A DNA stretch of 64,000 nt from a virus (lineage: Duplodnaviria; Caudoviricetes). A model generated the notes under the pieces. It saw only the letters and a program-made list of their open reading frames with translations, ran no database searches and was not told the DNA's origin. This document shows positions 33,603 to 44,338 of this stretch, in pieces. The stretch covers positions 1 through 64,000 of IMG/VR virus record IMGVR_UViG_3300028591_000121, one strand, 5' to 3'. Position numbers and translations under genes: made by a program. Position 1 is the stretch's first letter. Every line of letters begins with the position of its first letter.

Positions 33603-34091
33603 ATGAACACATTCAAGACTGCAATCGAATCTTCCAAGCTCTTCACTATCCGCACGACAACCGGAACGACTAACGGCAAGGCATGGACCAAGGAAAGTGC
33701 CGTTGCTACTGCTGACGGCAAAAAGGCAATCAAAGAAGCTATGGCATCACTTCTCAATCATGACGGCGCGGGACTTGTCCCCGTGATGGCTGACCTTGGC
33801 GTGACGGCGTCCGCCGTGGAGTGCCATCGTGCTTTCCTGACCGCCTGCAAGGCTACCAAGCAGGATGATGATTCTATGGTCATCCTGCTCCGTGGCGATG
33901 GCGTGCACTCTGTCTCCAAGCTGATTCCCGTGATGTACGCACTTTTGGCAAAGGACGGCAAGGTTAACATCGTAGGCAAGAAGAGCGAGACGCTCCGTGG
34001 ACGGCTTGCCGACGCAGAAAAGAAGGCAACTAAGCTTGAGGCTCTGCTCAAGGCTCATCCCGAGCTTGCTGCAGAACTCGCCACCCTGTAA
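33603..34091 (+). CDS. First early gene, hypothetical (162 aa)
   Basis: GAGGT RBS; strong codon bias; followed by a terminator. Confidence 0.75.
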   Translation: MNTFKTAIESSKLFTIRTTTGTTNGKAWTKESAVATADGKKAIKEAMASLLNHDGAGLVPVMADLGVTASAVECHRAFLTACKATKQDDDSMVILLRGDGVHSVSKLIPVMYALLAKDGKVNIVGKKSETLRGRLADAEKKATKLEALLKAHPELAAELATL

Positions 34092-34092
34092 T

Positions 34093-34121
34093 GGGAAGCC
34101 CTTCGGGGCTTCTCTTTTTTT
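34093..34121 (+). terminator. Rho-independent terminator
   Basis: GGGAAGCCC-TTCG-GGGCTTCTC followed by TTTTTTT. Confidence 0.8.
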
Positions 34122-34282
34122 GGGCGTTTCTCCAGGAGCGATCTTGGAGATTCGCCTTATTTTTCGTCTGTTTTTTTCTGTCTCCGTTTTCGCTTCCGAA
34201 ACGGGGATGGACAAAAGCAGATGGGCTTCCGTCTGCTACATTTTTTATTTTAGGCGGTAACTCCGCCGGAAAGAGGTTCATT

Positions 34283-34585
34283 ATGGCTACTACTATCTTT
34301 TCTCTGATTGAAACCCTGACCTATAAGGTCAACACCATCGATGTTTGCAGAGACAATCATATGCTGACCGACTCCGACAAGGAGGGGATTCAGCAGAGGG
34401 CTAACGTTGCCCTCGTCAACGTCGTCGAGGCGGTCGAAAATGACCCTGTGCTCTCTCTGAACAGCGAAGCGATCTTCTCTCTTGTGAACACAATCATCGA
34501 GGGGATCGGGGACGGATATTATGCCGTCTACACCAAATACCTCGGCGAGGGTGGGAGATGGGAGATCAAGCGTCGTGGCGAGTAA
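34283..34585 (+). CDS. Early hypothetical protein
   Basis: GGAAAGAGG RBS; ATG at 34283. Confidence 0.7.
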   Translation: MATTIFSLIETLTYKVNTIDVCRDNHMLTDSDKEGIQQRANVALVNVVEAVENDPVLSLNSEAIFSLVNTIIEGIGDGYYAVYTKYLGEGGRWEIKRRGE

Positions 34586-34750
34586 CTCCCAACGGGGAGA
34601 GTCAAATCCACTGGCTCTCCCCTTCCCCTGTCCTTTTTTTCGTATCCATTTCTCTCTGTCTCTGCTCGTCAGGGACAGAGACAAGTGGATATTCGTCTGT
34701 CCACTAATAAAAATATGTGTGTGGGTTACCCACACGGAAAGAGGTTCACT

Positions 34751-35038
34751 ATGACAAACAAGCGTGCACTAGCTCTCGTTGAATCCATCCTTGACCCCCT
34801 GTACAACGGGTCTGCTCCGACTGAAGAACAGCTGAACTCGGTTCTCCACGAGTTCGGAGTGACTTGCCCTGAAGACGAAAAGAATTCGTTCTGGGGCAAG
34901 GCTCTCCTCGAAACCATCGAGAGAGAGTATCAGACGAGAGTAACCTTCGCAAAGGGTACATACCGTCTCTTCGATTATGACGAGGATGGGCGGTATATCG
35001 ACCTGAATCAGCCTCTGGAAGAAGGTGACGATGAGTAA
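34751..35038 (+). CDS. Early hypothetical protein
   Basis: GGAAAGAGG RBS; ATG at 34751. Confidence 0.7.
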   Translation: MTNKRALALVESILDPLYNGSAPTEEQLNSVLHEFGVTCPEDEKNSFWGKALLETIEREYQTRVTFAKGTYRLFDYDEDGRYIDLNQPLEEGDDE

Positions 35039-35208
35039 TATCTTCCGCTTTTCTCTCGACGGGATACGAGCCAGAAGACCCGTATCCCGTCTCTTTTGCG
35101 TGTCTATTTTCTTGTGTTCCTGCGAGTCAGGGACACACGAAAGTAGACATTTACTTTGTCTGCTTAATATTTTGTGTCGGTTTAACCGACGGAAAGGACG
35201 GTACTCAC

Positions 35209-35541
35209 ATGAAGTACTATTTCTTCGAAGAGGTCTCCTTGACCTTGATCAACTTTGCTCTCCGCTCTATCGGTGAACGGTCTGCTCGTGACACGTTCCC
35301 TCTGGAGACACGGACTCTCACGATTACCCATCGTAAGCCCCTGAAGAAGTGGGGTGACACCCTGATCATCACGATCTACGGTGATCGTACCGATTCCGAG
35401 GTCGAAATGACCGTGGAAACCAAGGATTTCCCTGTCGAGGATATCCTCGCTGATAGGGTTATCTGGTATTTCCTCGGATTGGATGGACTCGAAAATGTAA
35501 AGTCCATCGAACTGAACGAAACAAGTGAGGTGATTATCTGA
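35209..35541 (+). CDS. Early hypothetical protein
   Basis: GGAAAGGA RBS-like sequence upstream. Confidence 0.7.
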   Translation: MKYYFFEEVSLTLINFALRSIGERSARDTFPLETRTLTITHRKPLKKWGDTLIITIYGDRTDSEVEMTVETKDFPVEDILADRVIWYFLGLDGLENVKSIELNETSEVII

Positions 35542-35795
35542 TCTTATCTGATCTGATTTTCCATTCTGCTTTCGTTCTCTCCGAGTCTGTCTCCGCTTCC
35601 TGTTCCCTTTGAGTCTGTGTGTTAACTCAAGTCATGTCTGTCCGAGAGAGCACCGTAAGAGATTACACCGCTGTCTTACAGATGTAGACTAAGTTAACTA
35701 AGACTTCTGTGTGTATCTATATATCTGTTTACTATCCCGTATATAAATACTTATATATGTATACGGGTATAAAAATGAAAGGATGGTTATTTATT

Positions 35796-36263
35796 ATGAT
35801 GCTATTTACGGATGTTTGTTATAGCGGTTACTTCCGCCTCCCTCTTTTGTGTCTTGCGTTTATCCTCAACTATTTCCCTTTTGTCGAAGATTTCTCTCAG
35901 GGGATTCGCATCTACAACGAGAAAGGGGAATTCCTCTTCTCTCTTGGGATGGTGCAAACGGATCTCAAGCAAAGCACCAATGACGTGTTTGGATGTAGGA
36001 ATTCCACGGATACTCTGATTTTCTCCAATAATGGGGAAATAGAAGTATCCGTCTGTGCGGAAATTCCGTCCGTTGCAGATAAAATGCGGAAAATTTGGCA
36101 ATACTGCCGTAAGAATAATATTAATACGGCAGATATGTATATGGATTCTTTTAGCAGAAATACTCTGCATAGAATCCTGATTACGGAATGTCAATGTGAT
36201 GATTGGGAATCTGAACAGTGGGAAGTAATTGGGATGCTCAAACAGGCAACTATCCCACAGTAA
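35796..36263 (+). CDS. Early hypothetical protein
   Basis: AAAGGATGG RBS. Confidence 0.55.
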   Translation: MMLFTDVCYSGYFRLPLLCLAFILNYFPFVEDFSQGIRIYNEKGEFLFSLGMVQTDLKQSTNDVFGCRNSTDTLIFSNNGEIEVSVCAEIPSVADKMRKIWQYCRKNNINTADMYMDSFSRNTLHRILITECQCDDWESEQWEVIGMLKQATIPQ

Positions 36264-36309
36264 TTCTGTCAGCAATTTCTCTGTAACCCGATGGAAATGT
36301 GATTGTCGC

Positions 36310-36371
36310 AAAACGTGTTTCTCGTAAAAACGTGTTTCTCGTAAAAACGTGTTTCTCGTAAAAACGTGTTT
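36310..36371. repeat. 17-bp tandem repeat, 3.6 copies
   Basis: AAAACGTGTTTCTCGTA x3 + AAAACGTGTTT. Confidence 0.95.
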
Positions 36372-36413
36372 GTCACAATTTCCGTCGGGAATTTTTATGA
36401 AAGGAGAGTTTCT

Positions 36414-37421
36414 ATGTTTGAGTATGAACTTTGTCAGGACTCGTCATGCTTCTTGATCGATCTTTGTCGTGGATCGATCGGATCATGGCGGAAAGCCCGT
36501 GCGGAATTCCAGAGCAGAGGATACCACGGACAATACCTGCTGATTCGTAGGTCTTATTCGTGCGGAAATTTTAAGATCTGGAATATCAACATCTGATATT
36601 TCCGTTCGGAGGTTTCAGAGTAGGGAGCGATTAATGCGGAATCTTAATAATCGCTCCCCTCTTTGAGATCTCGGAAGAGTCTCAAATAAATATAAGGAGG
36701 CCGTTTACTATGGCAACCGCAAAAATGTTCTTCACAGTTCTCGTTCTCAACAACGAGAACACCCCAGTCAACAGAGGATACATCGAAGTATCCTCAGACC
36801 TGAAGTCCACTGATATATTCCGTGAACTTCGTCGCCAGAATTTCGTAACTCGGAATTTCGCACTTGAAATCATCTGGAAAAACGGTATCGCAACCGTCAC
36901 GATGTCCGGTCTGATCGACGATGACGGACAGAAGATCTGGAACTGTGCTTCGGTTGAAATCTGTCAGCTGAAGCGGATTCTTCCTGCTACAACGAGAAAG
37001 GCGGTGGCTTAATATGGCAAAGTTTTATATGAAGCCAGAACTGGAAGAAAAGGATGGTCATCTATTCAGTTTTAACGGTCTGGAAATTTCCTTTACCGTT
37101 AAGAGTCACGACCTTAACGGCAACCCCGTTCTCAAGGTTTTCGATAAATGGGGGAACTATGCATATGTCAAAGGAAGCGATGCGTATAGGTATTCATATG
37201 ACTACGACAAGTATGTCGGCAGTATGGGCAGTCTTTATCGCTTCAAAAGTCGCTGTCCAGAGATGGATAGGCTTGAAGCCTATCGCATCCAGACTTTTGC
37301 GGAAGACATGGGGCTGACGATCGAAGAATCCGCAAAGACCATAGAAAATTGGGGCGGAAATATCTGGAAATTCTCCCCTGATACCGTCCGTATTGCGAAG
37401 GGAGTGAAGCTGTATGAGTGA
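36414..37421 (+). other. Three small early hypothetical CDSs (36414-36596, 36710-37012, 37014-37421)
   Basis: Each has an RBS and a TAA/TGA stop. Confidence 0.65.
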
Positions 37422-37651
37422 ACGAGAACGCCATCGTCGGTACAAGAACAAGAGGGGAAAAGTATCTCAGGATACTGGATGGGACTTATTTAAAGTCACC
37501 CTCTTTATCCTCGGCATGGAGACTTTGTTCTTCTTTATGATTTTCAGTAAATGAAGATCAAAGTCAGTTTAAGTTTGTTGCTATTTGGTCTGGAATTGAA
37601 CCAGATCGTTTTTATTTTGAGCGGAATATTCCGCAGAAAAGGAGATTTACT

Positions 37652-38521
37652 ATGAAGATCAGTGAAATCCGTAAGCAGTATCCAACCAAGACCTATGAGG
37701 ATCGTGAGCAGACCGTCAACAAGATCCTCGCTCACAAGGAGTCCATGACCGTAATTGAACGGTTGGTTCTCCTGTTTATCGTAATCATTAATTTCCACAC
37801 TGGCGGAAAGATTGCAGGAATTTATTCCTGCGACTCTTCGGCTCATGGGTGTTCATTCTGTCAGAAGATGAAAAAAGCTGCAGAAAATATCTGTCTGCTT
37901 ATTTGCGGACTCTGCTACGATTATGAGCAGGAAATTCGCCGTCCTGCTGTCTTTAAAGGACACAACTTGAACCGAATTATCCTTTCGTCTGTCCTTTTTA
38001 CAGTTGAAGAATGGAAACAGCGACCGATTAAACTGCACAAGGACGCAGAAGATAAAGTTCTCCGTATTAATTCGTCTGGAGATACGGAAAACTTAATCCA
38101 TGCGGAAAATATGCTCAATTTAAGCTATGCAAATCCAGAATTTGATGTCGGATATTGGGCAAAGAACGTTCCTGCTGTAGAAGAAGCCATCCATACGGTC
38201 GGCAAACCAGAAAATGTAAGATTCGTACAGTCTTCTTTAAAGATTGGATTCGAAGACGAGATGTCTCCAGAAGCTGATCTTTTGTTCACTGTTTATCCAG
38301 ATGTCGAGACTTGTCTGGAAGCAATCCGCAAAGGTGGGAAGCCTTGTAATGGTCGTAAATGTGAGGAATGCGGAAAGAAGTGTTACAAGAAGCCGGAAAA
38401 TGGCGGTTGGGAGAAAGGAAGTAATGTTTGCGAACTTCTCCGTTGTTCTGAAGCGGAACGGAAGCTGATCATGGAAGCATACCTCAAAGAAAAAGCTCGT
38501 CGTGAAGCTTTGAACAAGTAA
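37652..38521 (+). CDS. Gene-product-88-like Cys-rich protein
   Basis: CxxC/C..CY motifs; RINSSGD core; C-terminal C...C..C..C cluster. Confidence 0.6.
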   Translation: MKISEIRKQYPTKTYEDREQTVNKILAHKESMTVIERLVLLFIVIINFHTGGKIAGIYSCDSSAHGCSFCQKMKKAAENICLLICGLCYDYEQEIRRPAVFKGHNLNRIILSSVLFTVEEWKQRPIKLHKDAEDKVLRINSSGDTENLIHAENMLNLSYANPEFDVGYWAKNVPAVEEAIHTVGKPENVRFVQSSLKIGFEDEMSPEADLLFTVYPDVETCLEAIRKGGKPCNGRKCEECGKKCYKKPENGGWEKGSNVCELLRCSEAERKLIMEAYLKEKARREALNK

Positions 38522-38606
38522 TTCGGCAGATACACATAAAGGGGACGAAACTCTCGTCCCTTTTAGTGTGTCTACGGACACAAATATTATGAAAGGAGTT
38601 GTGACT

Positions 38607-39230
38607 ATGAGCACAACAAAGAAAATCCTCGTAGCTTGCGAGGAATCACAGGCGGTCTGCAAAGCTTTCCGCAAACTTGGTGCGGAAGCTTATAGTGCAG
38701 ACATTCAAAGCTGTTCTGGAAGCCATCCAGAATGGCACATCAAAGGGGACGTTCTTCCTCTTCTGAATGGCGGACTGTTCAGGACTCAGGATGGGAAAGT
38801 ACACAAGGTGGATCATTGGGATCTAATAATAGCCCATCCGCCGTGTACTTATCTTACTCGATGCGGAGCAACGCATATGTATCCGCACGGACAACTGAAT
38901 CAGGAACGGTATCAGAAAGGACTTGAAGGTCGGAAGTTCTTCATGTCCTTTTTCAATTGCTCCGCTTCTCATCTCTGTATTGAGAATCCTACTCCATTGC
39001 GGATTTTTGAACTCCCCAAGGAATCCCAAGTCGTTCAACCCTTCGAATACGGAAATCCGTACACGAAACGGACTCTCCTATGGTTGAAGGGACTGCCGGA
39101 ACTCAAACCTACGAACATCGTCGACCCAATCGGCAGTTGGGTAGCGATGCATAAGACCCCTAAGCAGAGGTCAAAGACTTTTAGCGGAATTGCGGAAGCT
39201 ATGGCTTCCCAGTGGTTACCGCTGATTTAA
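38607..39230 (+). CDS. Compact DNA cytosine methyltransferase-like protein
   Basis: ILVACEES, DLIIAHPPCT (catalytic PC), IENP, KRTLLWLKGL, RSKTF.GIA.AMA.QW. Confidence 0.8.
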   Translation: MSTTKKILVACEESQAVCKAFRKLGAEAYSADIQSCSGSHPEWHIKGDVLPLLNGGLFRTQDGKVHKVDHWDLIIAHPPCTYLTRCGATHMYPHGQLNQERYQKGLEGRKFFMSFFNCSASHLCIENPTPLRIFELPKESQVVQPFEYGNPYTKRTLLWLKGLPELKPTNIVDPIGSWVAMHKTPKQRSKTFSGIAEAMASQWLPLI

Positions 39231-39624
39231 GAAAGGAGAATCGGCATGACATGTAACTGGTTGACAACTAACGAGACAGAGAAAGTCCTCACATGCGGAG
39301 CAAACTTTGGCATTCCTCGCTCCGTAACTCGTCAGGCAATCGCTGCGTACTTTGAACGGGATGCGGAAAAATTCGACGATCTGCTCAGTGAATGGGCAGA
39401 TCAGGAAGCTGTCGAAGCGGTGGCAAATAAGTTGATGGAGTATACGAAGGGAGATTAATTATGGCACTTACTTGTAAGGACTGTCCTTATTGTTACAGGA
39501 CGGAAGATGACAAATATCCTTGCTGTCATTTTGAATCCCTAGGAGAGTGGGATAAAGCCCCGTGTGAATATGACGATGAGCCGGAAGAAGAGCCGGAAGA
39601 TTACAGCTATTTGGAGGAGTAAGT

Positions 39625-40113
39625 ATGGCAAAAAGATTCGTTGTAACCCGTAAGGGAAATCGTATTACCCGTTCCAAGTACGGAGTGGGCAAAGTCATGT
39701 GCTTTTGTGTGTATGCACACAAGAATTACGCACACAAGATTATCCCTATGGAAATCCTGATAAATGCGGAAGCTGTTCTGCATGAGAAGTATCCAGATTT
39801 CCAGTACAACTGTCTGAAATATGACACCAATACTCAGACGGTCAGCTTTCAGGAAGGGGCAGACTTTGACACTGCCCGTGAACCCGTTGTCGGGGACTAT
39901 GTTTCGGTTTTCCCTGACGGAAAGACTCGGAAAGGACATAGCGACTATATTTGGCATCATAAATGGCTCTGGGTCATGGACGATTACAAAGGCTTCGACG
40001 TTGAAGCCTCTTTTAATTGGAGTCAGAAGTGGCTGTCAGTACTGACGGAAACTGCGGACGGCAACGGTATTCAGAGATGGAAAGCCCAACTTAAAAGGTT
40101 CGGGCTTGAATAA
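39625..40113 (+). CDS. Hypothetical protein resembling the accessory domain of phosphorothioation-associated methyltransferases
   Basis: DFDTAREP and IWHHKWLWV.DDY.GF motifs; adjacent to a SAM-dependent MTase. Confidence 0.45.
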   Translation: MAKRFVVTRKGNRITRSKYGVGKVMCFCVYAHKNYAHKIIPMEILINAEAVLHEKYPDFQYNCLKYDTNTQTVSFQEGADFDTAREPVVGDYVSVFPDGKTRKGHSDYIWHHKWLWVMDDYKGFDVEASFNWSQKWLSVLTETADGNGIQRWKAQLKRFGLE

Positions 40114-40131
40114 GAAAGGAGATCAAAACTT

Positions 40132-40671
40132 ATGGCACAGCGTTACACGAGTAAGGACACATCGGTAAACACGGGAAAACTCCCCTTCCTCTTCTCTCAT
40201 CTGGAATCCCTAATTGGTAAGGCAGAAAAGCCAGACCATTACATTCTCGATATCGGATGCGGGAAAGAGACCGCCCATATCCGTGAAAAAGTGAAGTCTC
40301 TTGGATGGGGCTACATTGGATATGACCCCTACAATCAGGACGAAGACGAACAGGGCGTTGCTCGTCTTGCTATGGCTCTCTTCCCTATCTCGATTGCAAC
40401 GCTATCCAACGTTGTGAATGTGATCGATGATGATCAGGCAATGTTGGATGCCATCCGTATGGGAATCTACAATACTGCGTCCCATACCGTTCTGGTAACT
40501 ATCTATGAGGGAGATCGGACGGGAATTGGTCGTGTCACTAAGCGTGACTGTTATCAGCGGAATATGAAGAGGAAGGATTACCTTCCTCTTTTCAAATCCG
40601 CTGGACTCTATGCAATGCGGATTCCCAACGGGTTCGCACTGTCGGATGTACCCTTCAAGAAAAATATCTGA
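40132..40671 (+). CDS. SAM-dependent methyltransferase
   Basis: ILDIGCG, GYDPYN, LSNVVNVI. Confidence 0.75.
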   Translation: MAQRYTSKDTSVNTGKLPFLFSHLESLIGKAEKPDHYILDIGCGKETAHIREKVKSLGWGYIGYDPYNQDEDEQGVARLAMALFPISIATLSNVVNVIDDDQAMLDAIRMGIYNTASHTVLVTIYEGDRTGIGRVTKRDCYQRNMKRKDYLPLFKSAGLYAMRIPNGFALSDVPFKKNI

Positions 40672-40684
40672 GAGGAGAATTGGT

Positions 40685-42731
40685 ATGACAAATTATGACG
40701 GCATCAGAGTCGGTCAGTTGATCGACAATCCTGAATTTAGTTTTAATGCCCCGTTCAGAATCTGCGAATATGTGGACACGACAACAGAAGAAGTCCTGAA
40801 GAATGGAGATGAACTGACAGGCGAGACGATTGTCTGGTATGACGATGCCAAAGACAAAAAGGATATCCCTGAAGACATCAAGCGGAGATGGATATCTGCA
40901 ATCAACATTGGGGATGACGGCGTTTTGGAAATTGAGTTTGTCCGGCTTTACGGAGAAGACTATCCGGCATAATTGAAAGGAGAATTGATTATGAATTGGT
41001 TGCCTATTGAATCTGGAAAAAGCGATTGGCTGTATTCCGGCAACGACAAGCAGGATTCGGAGCGTCGTTGTATTGGACATCTCCGTGGAGACTTCGGGAG
41101 AAGCGGGAAAGAGTTCTGGACGAGCTGGTTTGATCACGAAATGATCCTCAAGACTCAAGAATTCCGTGAGGAGTTTAACGAAGTCGTGGACGAACTTCGT
41201 GAAGGTTTACTCAGTGACTTCTATACCATGTATAAGGAATCCAGAACGGGACTTCTCCTTGAGAGAGATGAATACGGATTCCGTTCGGAATCTGAGCACT
41301 TCATTTACTGTCTTCGTTGCATCCCCAGAAAGGGAGACTACAACTTCTATATCTATTGTTACGACAAGGGGGTTAACTAAGATGGATGTTATTCGAATCT
41401 ATGGAGCGGATGAACAAGAATATCAGAATCTTGCTCGTGTTGCCCGTATCATGACTGCCCGTTCTCTGAACGGTACAAGATTTGAAGTCGGAGTTACCTA
41501 CTTTGACTTTGGGCAGGACTGGCGTTGGACAACCATCCTTGCCTACAAACAGGACAACGGCAGTTTCCAGTCCCTGACTCCTGCGGAACAGGAAAAAATT
41601 GTGACCGCAAATCCTGATGATCTTGAAACGGTCACTCAGGAACTGATGGACAAGTGTGAGAAGGAATATCCTCGCCTTTATTCCTTCCGTAAAGGCAAGA
41701 AAAAGTGGAAGGTTACCTATACGAGAACCGAATCCACGACGTTCACAGTAGAAGCGGATGACGAGGATGAAGCTCGTGAGGAAGCAGACCATTATGTGGA
41801 TGATCACAATGTGGAACTGGAAGAAGAGATGTGCGACAACGATTACATCTGTAGTTTCAGCGATATTAAGGAGGAAAAGTAAGATGGCAAAGCAGTATAT
41901 TGTGTCAGTTGGTAGAAGACCCTTCCAGATCACCGACAAGAAGGATAGAGCAATCGAAATAGCAAAGGATTGCTCCGCTCTGTACTGGAATACAGAGTGC
42001 AAAGTTTGCCATGCAAACTGGAATCAGGTCAAAGGAACGCCGATCTTTATGAATGGCATGAAGATTGATCTGGAAAAGATGACAAAGATTGGCGAACAGT
42101 ATCTGTTCGTCAGCAAGAACAGAAATGTACTCGGACAGCTGCACATTACCGTAATCACATTCAATGAGAACGGACTTCAGTACTACCTGACAGCCGATCT
42201 CTTCGGAAATAAAGACTACCCGGAAAATTGTTCCGCAATTTATAACTACGCAGTACCGATTATCGAGAAACTCGGTATCGGGAAGGAAACCCCTGATATG
42301 GTCAGAGACGGAGACGAGTTCTATCCCGTCTATGAGTTTGACATGAGCAAGTTGCCCATGTATACGGAAGGGGGTGAGGAATAATGTTCGCAGATCTAGC
42401 AGTAGCAATTGTAGAGCAGGCCGCAAGGGATTACATGACTGCAAAAAAGTACCTGATCGCACATAATTGTCCAGAGGACTTGGTGAAGCTTCGCCGTGAA
42501 GCCGTGAGCAAGTACAATACGGCTCGTTTGTACGGGGATGGTGCAGGAATGCATCATTACCGCATTCTGATCGATCAGTATGATATGTTTGCAAGAAGAC
42601 AGGAAGTCGTTGATGAAATCAGCGACTTTTTTCTTGACGGAAATCTTTCCATGTATGTAGATACGCCGGGAGAAAAGCTTCTGGAAGGTATCGAAGCAAA
42701 GATAAGCCGTAAGGCAAAGAAAGGAGCATAA
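40685..42731 (+). other. Run of small early hypothetical CDSs (40685-40972, 40991-41380, 41382-41882, 41884-42384, 42384-42731)
   Basis: Tightly packed; RBSs present; TAA stops. Confidence 0.7.
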
Positions 42732-42733
42732 GT

Positions 42734-43621
42734 ATGAGTATTGATGTTTATGCAATGGTAACTGATCGCATTCTTTCCGCAATGGATAAGGGAATTATCC
42801 CGTGGAAGAAGCCTTGGAAGGGTGGAGATGCACGTTTCGCAATCTCCCATGTGACTGGAAAGAGATATAGCCTTCTGAACCAGTTATACCTAGGACTCAG
42901 ACCCGGAGAATACCTTACCTTCAAGCAGATTCAGAAGGAAAAGGGACGGGTTCGCAAGGGTGAGAAATCCAGCATCGTGGTTTACTGGAACTTCATTAAG
43001 GCAACCCAGACCGACAAGGAAACGGGCGAGGAAATCGTTAAGATGATCCCGATGCTGAAGTACTACAACGTTTTCCATGTCGATCAGTGCGAAGGTATTA
43101 AGCCTAGATTCACAGGAAGTCAGGAAACTATGAGTGTGGCTGAACTGAATGCGGAAGCTGACGAGATTATCGAAGATTATGTCAAGCGTTCCGGCGTAAC
43201 CTTCGAACAGAAGCTGTCTATGGAAGCCTACTACAATCGTGTACAGGACAAGGTTGTAGTTCCTGAGATCGGGCAGTTTTCTGAGACTGCTGAGTATTAC
43301 AGCACTGCTTTCCATGAGTTGACCCATTCGACGGGACATAAATCCAGACTGGATCGACTGGATGAGAACTCCAGATTCGGAAACGAAGTCTACTCCAAAG
43401 AAGAACTGGTTGCGGAGCTTGGAGCTTCTGCTCTGGTTAATTTCTGCGGACTGGAAACGGAAAGCAGTTTCCGCAATAACGCCGCCTACATTCAGGGGTG
43501 GAGCAAGGCACTTCAGGAAGACAAGAAAATGATCGTCTGGGCTGCAGGAAAGGCGGACAAAGCTGTCCGTCTTATTCTTGGTGACCGTGCAGAAGAAGAC
43601 GAGAAAGGGGGTGATAAGTAA
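42734..43621 (+). CDS. ardC: ArdC-like antirestriction protein (ssDNA-binding domain plus zincin-like domain)
   Basis: IIPWKKPW, YSLLNQL, TFKQ, V.KGEKS, YYNVFH..Q, HELTHSTGH..RL, YSKEELVAE. Confidence 0.88.
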   Translation: MSIDVYAMVTDRILSAMDKGIIPWKKPWKGGDARFAISHVTGKRYSLLNQLYLGLRPGEYLTFKQIQKEKGRVRKGEKSSIVVYWNFIKATQTDKETGEEIVKMIPMLKYYNVFHVDQCEGIKPRFTGSQETMSVAELNAEADEIIEDYVKRSGVTFEQKLSMEAYYNRVQDKVVVPEIGQFSETAEYYSTAFHELTHSTGHKSRLDRLDENSRFGNEVYSKEELVAELGASALVNFCGLETESSFRNNAAYIQGWSKALQEDKKMIVWAAGKADKAVRLILGDRAEEDEKGGDK

Positions 43622-43936
43622 TGACGCAGGATTGCATTATTGAACGGGATGCGAAGTTGAAAGAAATCGCCGCCGATGTAACCGCAATGATCAAGAAATA
43701 TGGGAGACGGAAGGATGTTCACGTCTCTTATTTTCATGGGACGGAAGAAGATGTTGCAAAGTTTTCTGAATGGGATCGCAGAAGACTTTTCATCTGGCAG
43801 GACAGAGAAATCTTTCTTGTATACGAGGACAGCGGACATCTTTTGTACTCCGTTCACGTCGATGGCGATTCATACCTGACGGCACTTGATGAACTTGTTC
43901 GTCTGGTGTCTGCAAAATTCTGAAAGGAGAATAGTT

Positions 43937-44338
43937 ATGGAGAACAAAGACATTATGAATCTCCTCCATGCCAAGTACGGAATCTATATCCGTGGCGCAC
44001 ATATCGTGGAGATGATTATGAACGGGAGCAAGGTTATCGAAACCCGTACCCACGACAAACTCAAGAGATTTGTAGGGCAGTGGGTCGGAATTATTCATAC
44101 CGGCAGTGGAAAGCCAAAGCTCGTCGGATATGTGTTCATCCGTAGCCAGTATGAGTTCATAAGCGAAGAAAACTTCAGAGCGTATGAATTCTGCCACAGG
44201 ATTCCGAAAGGCAGCAAATACGACTGGAAGGATGGCAAAAAGAAATATGGATACCTATTAGGGGAGATCGTTAAACTCGACTCCCCTATTGAATTGGAAT
44301 CCGTCAAAGGAAATCGGATGTGGAGGGAATTGGAATGA
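43937..44338 (+). CDS. ASCH/PUA-like domain protein
   Basis: IMNGSKVIETR motif; C-terminal G.RMW. Confidence 0.65.
   Translation: MENKDIMNLLHAKYGIYIRGAHIVEMIMNGSKVIETRTHDKLKRFVGQWVGIIHTGSGKPKLVGYVFIRSQYEFISEENFRAYEFCHRIPKGSKYDWKDGKKKYGYLLGEIVKLDSPIELESVKGNRMWRELE

Noticed and set aside
36310-36371. CRISPR array
   Set aside because: The repeats are directly adjacent with no spacers, and there is no cas operon (the PD-(D/E)XK nuclease lies in the replication module)
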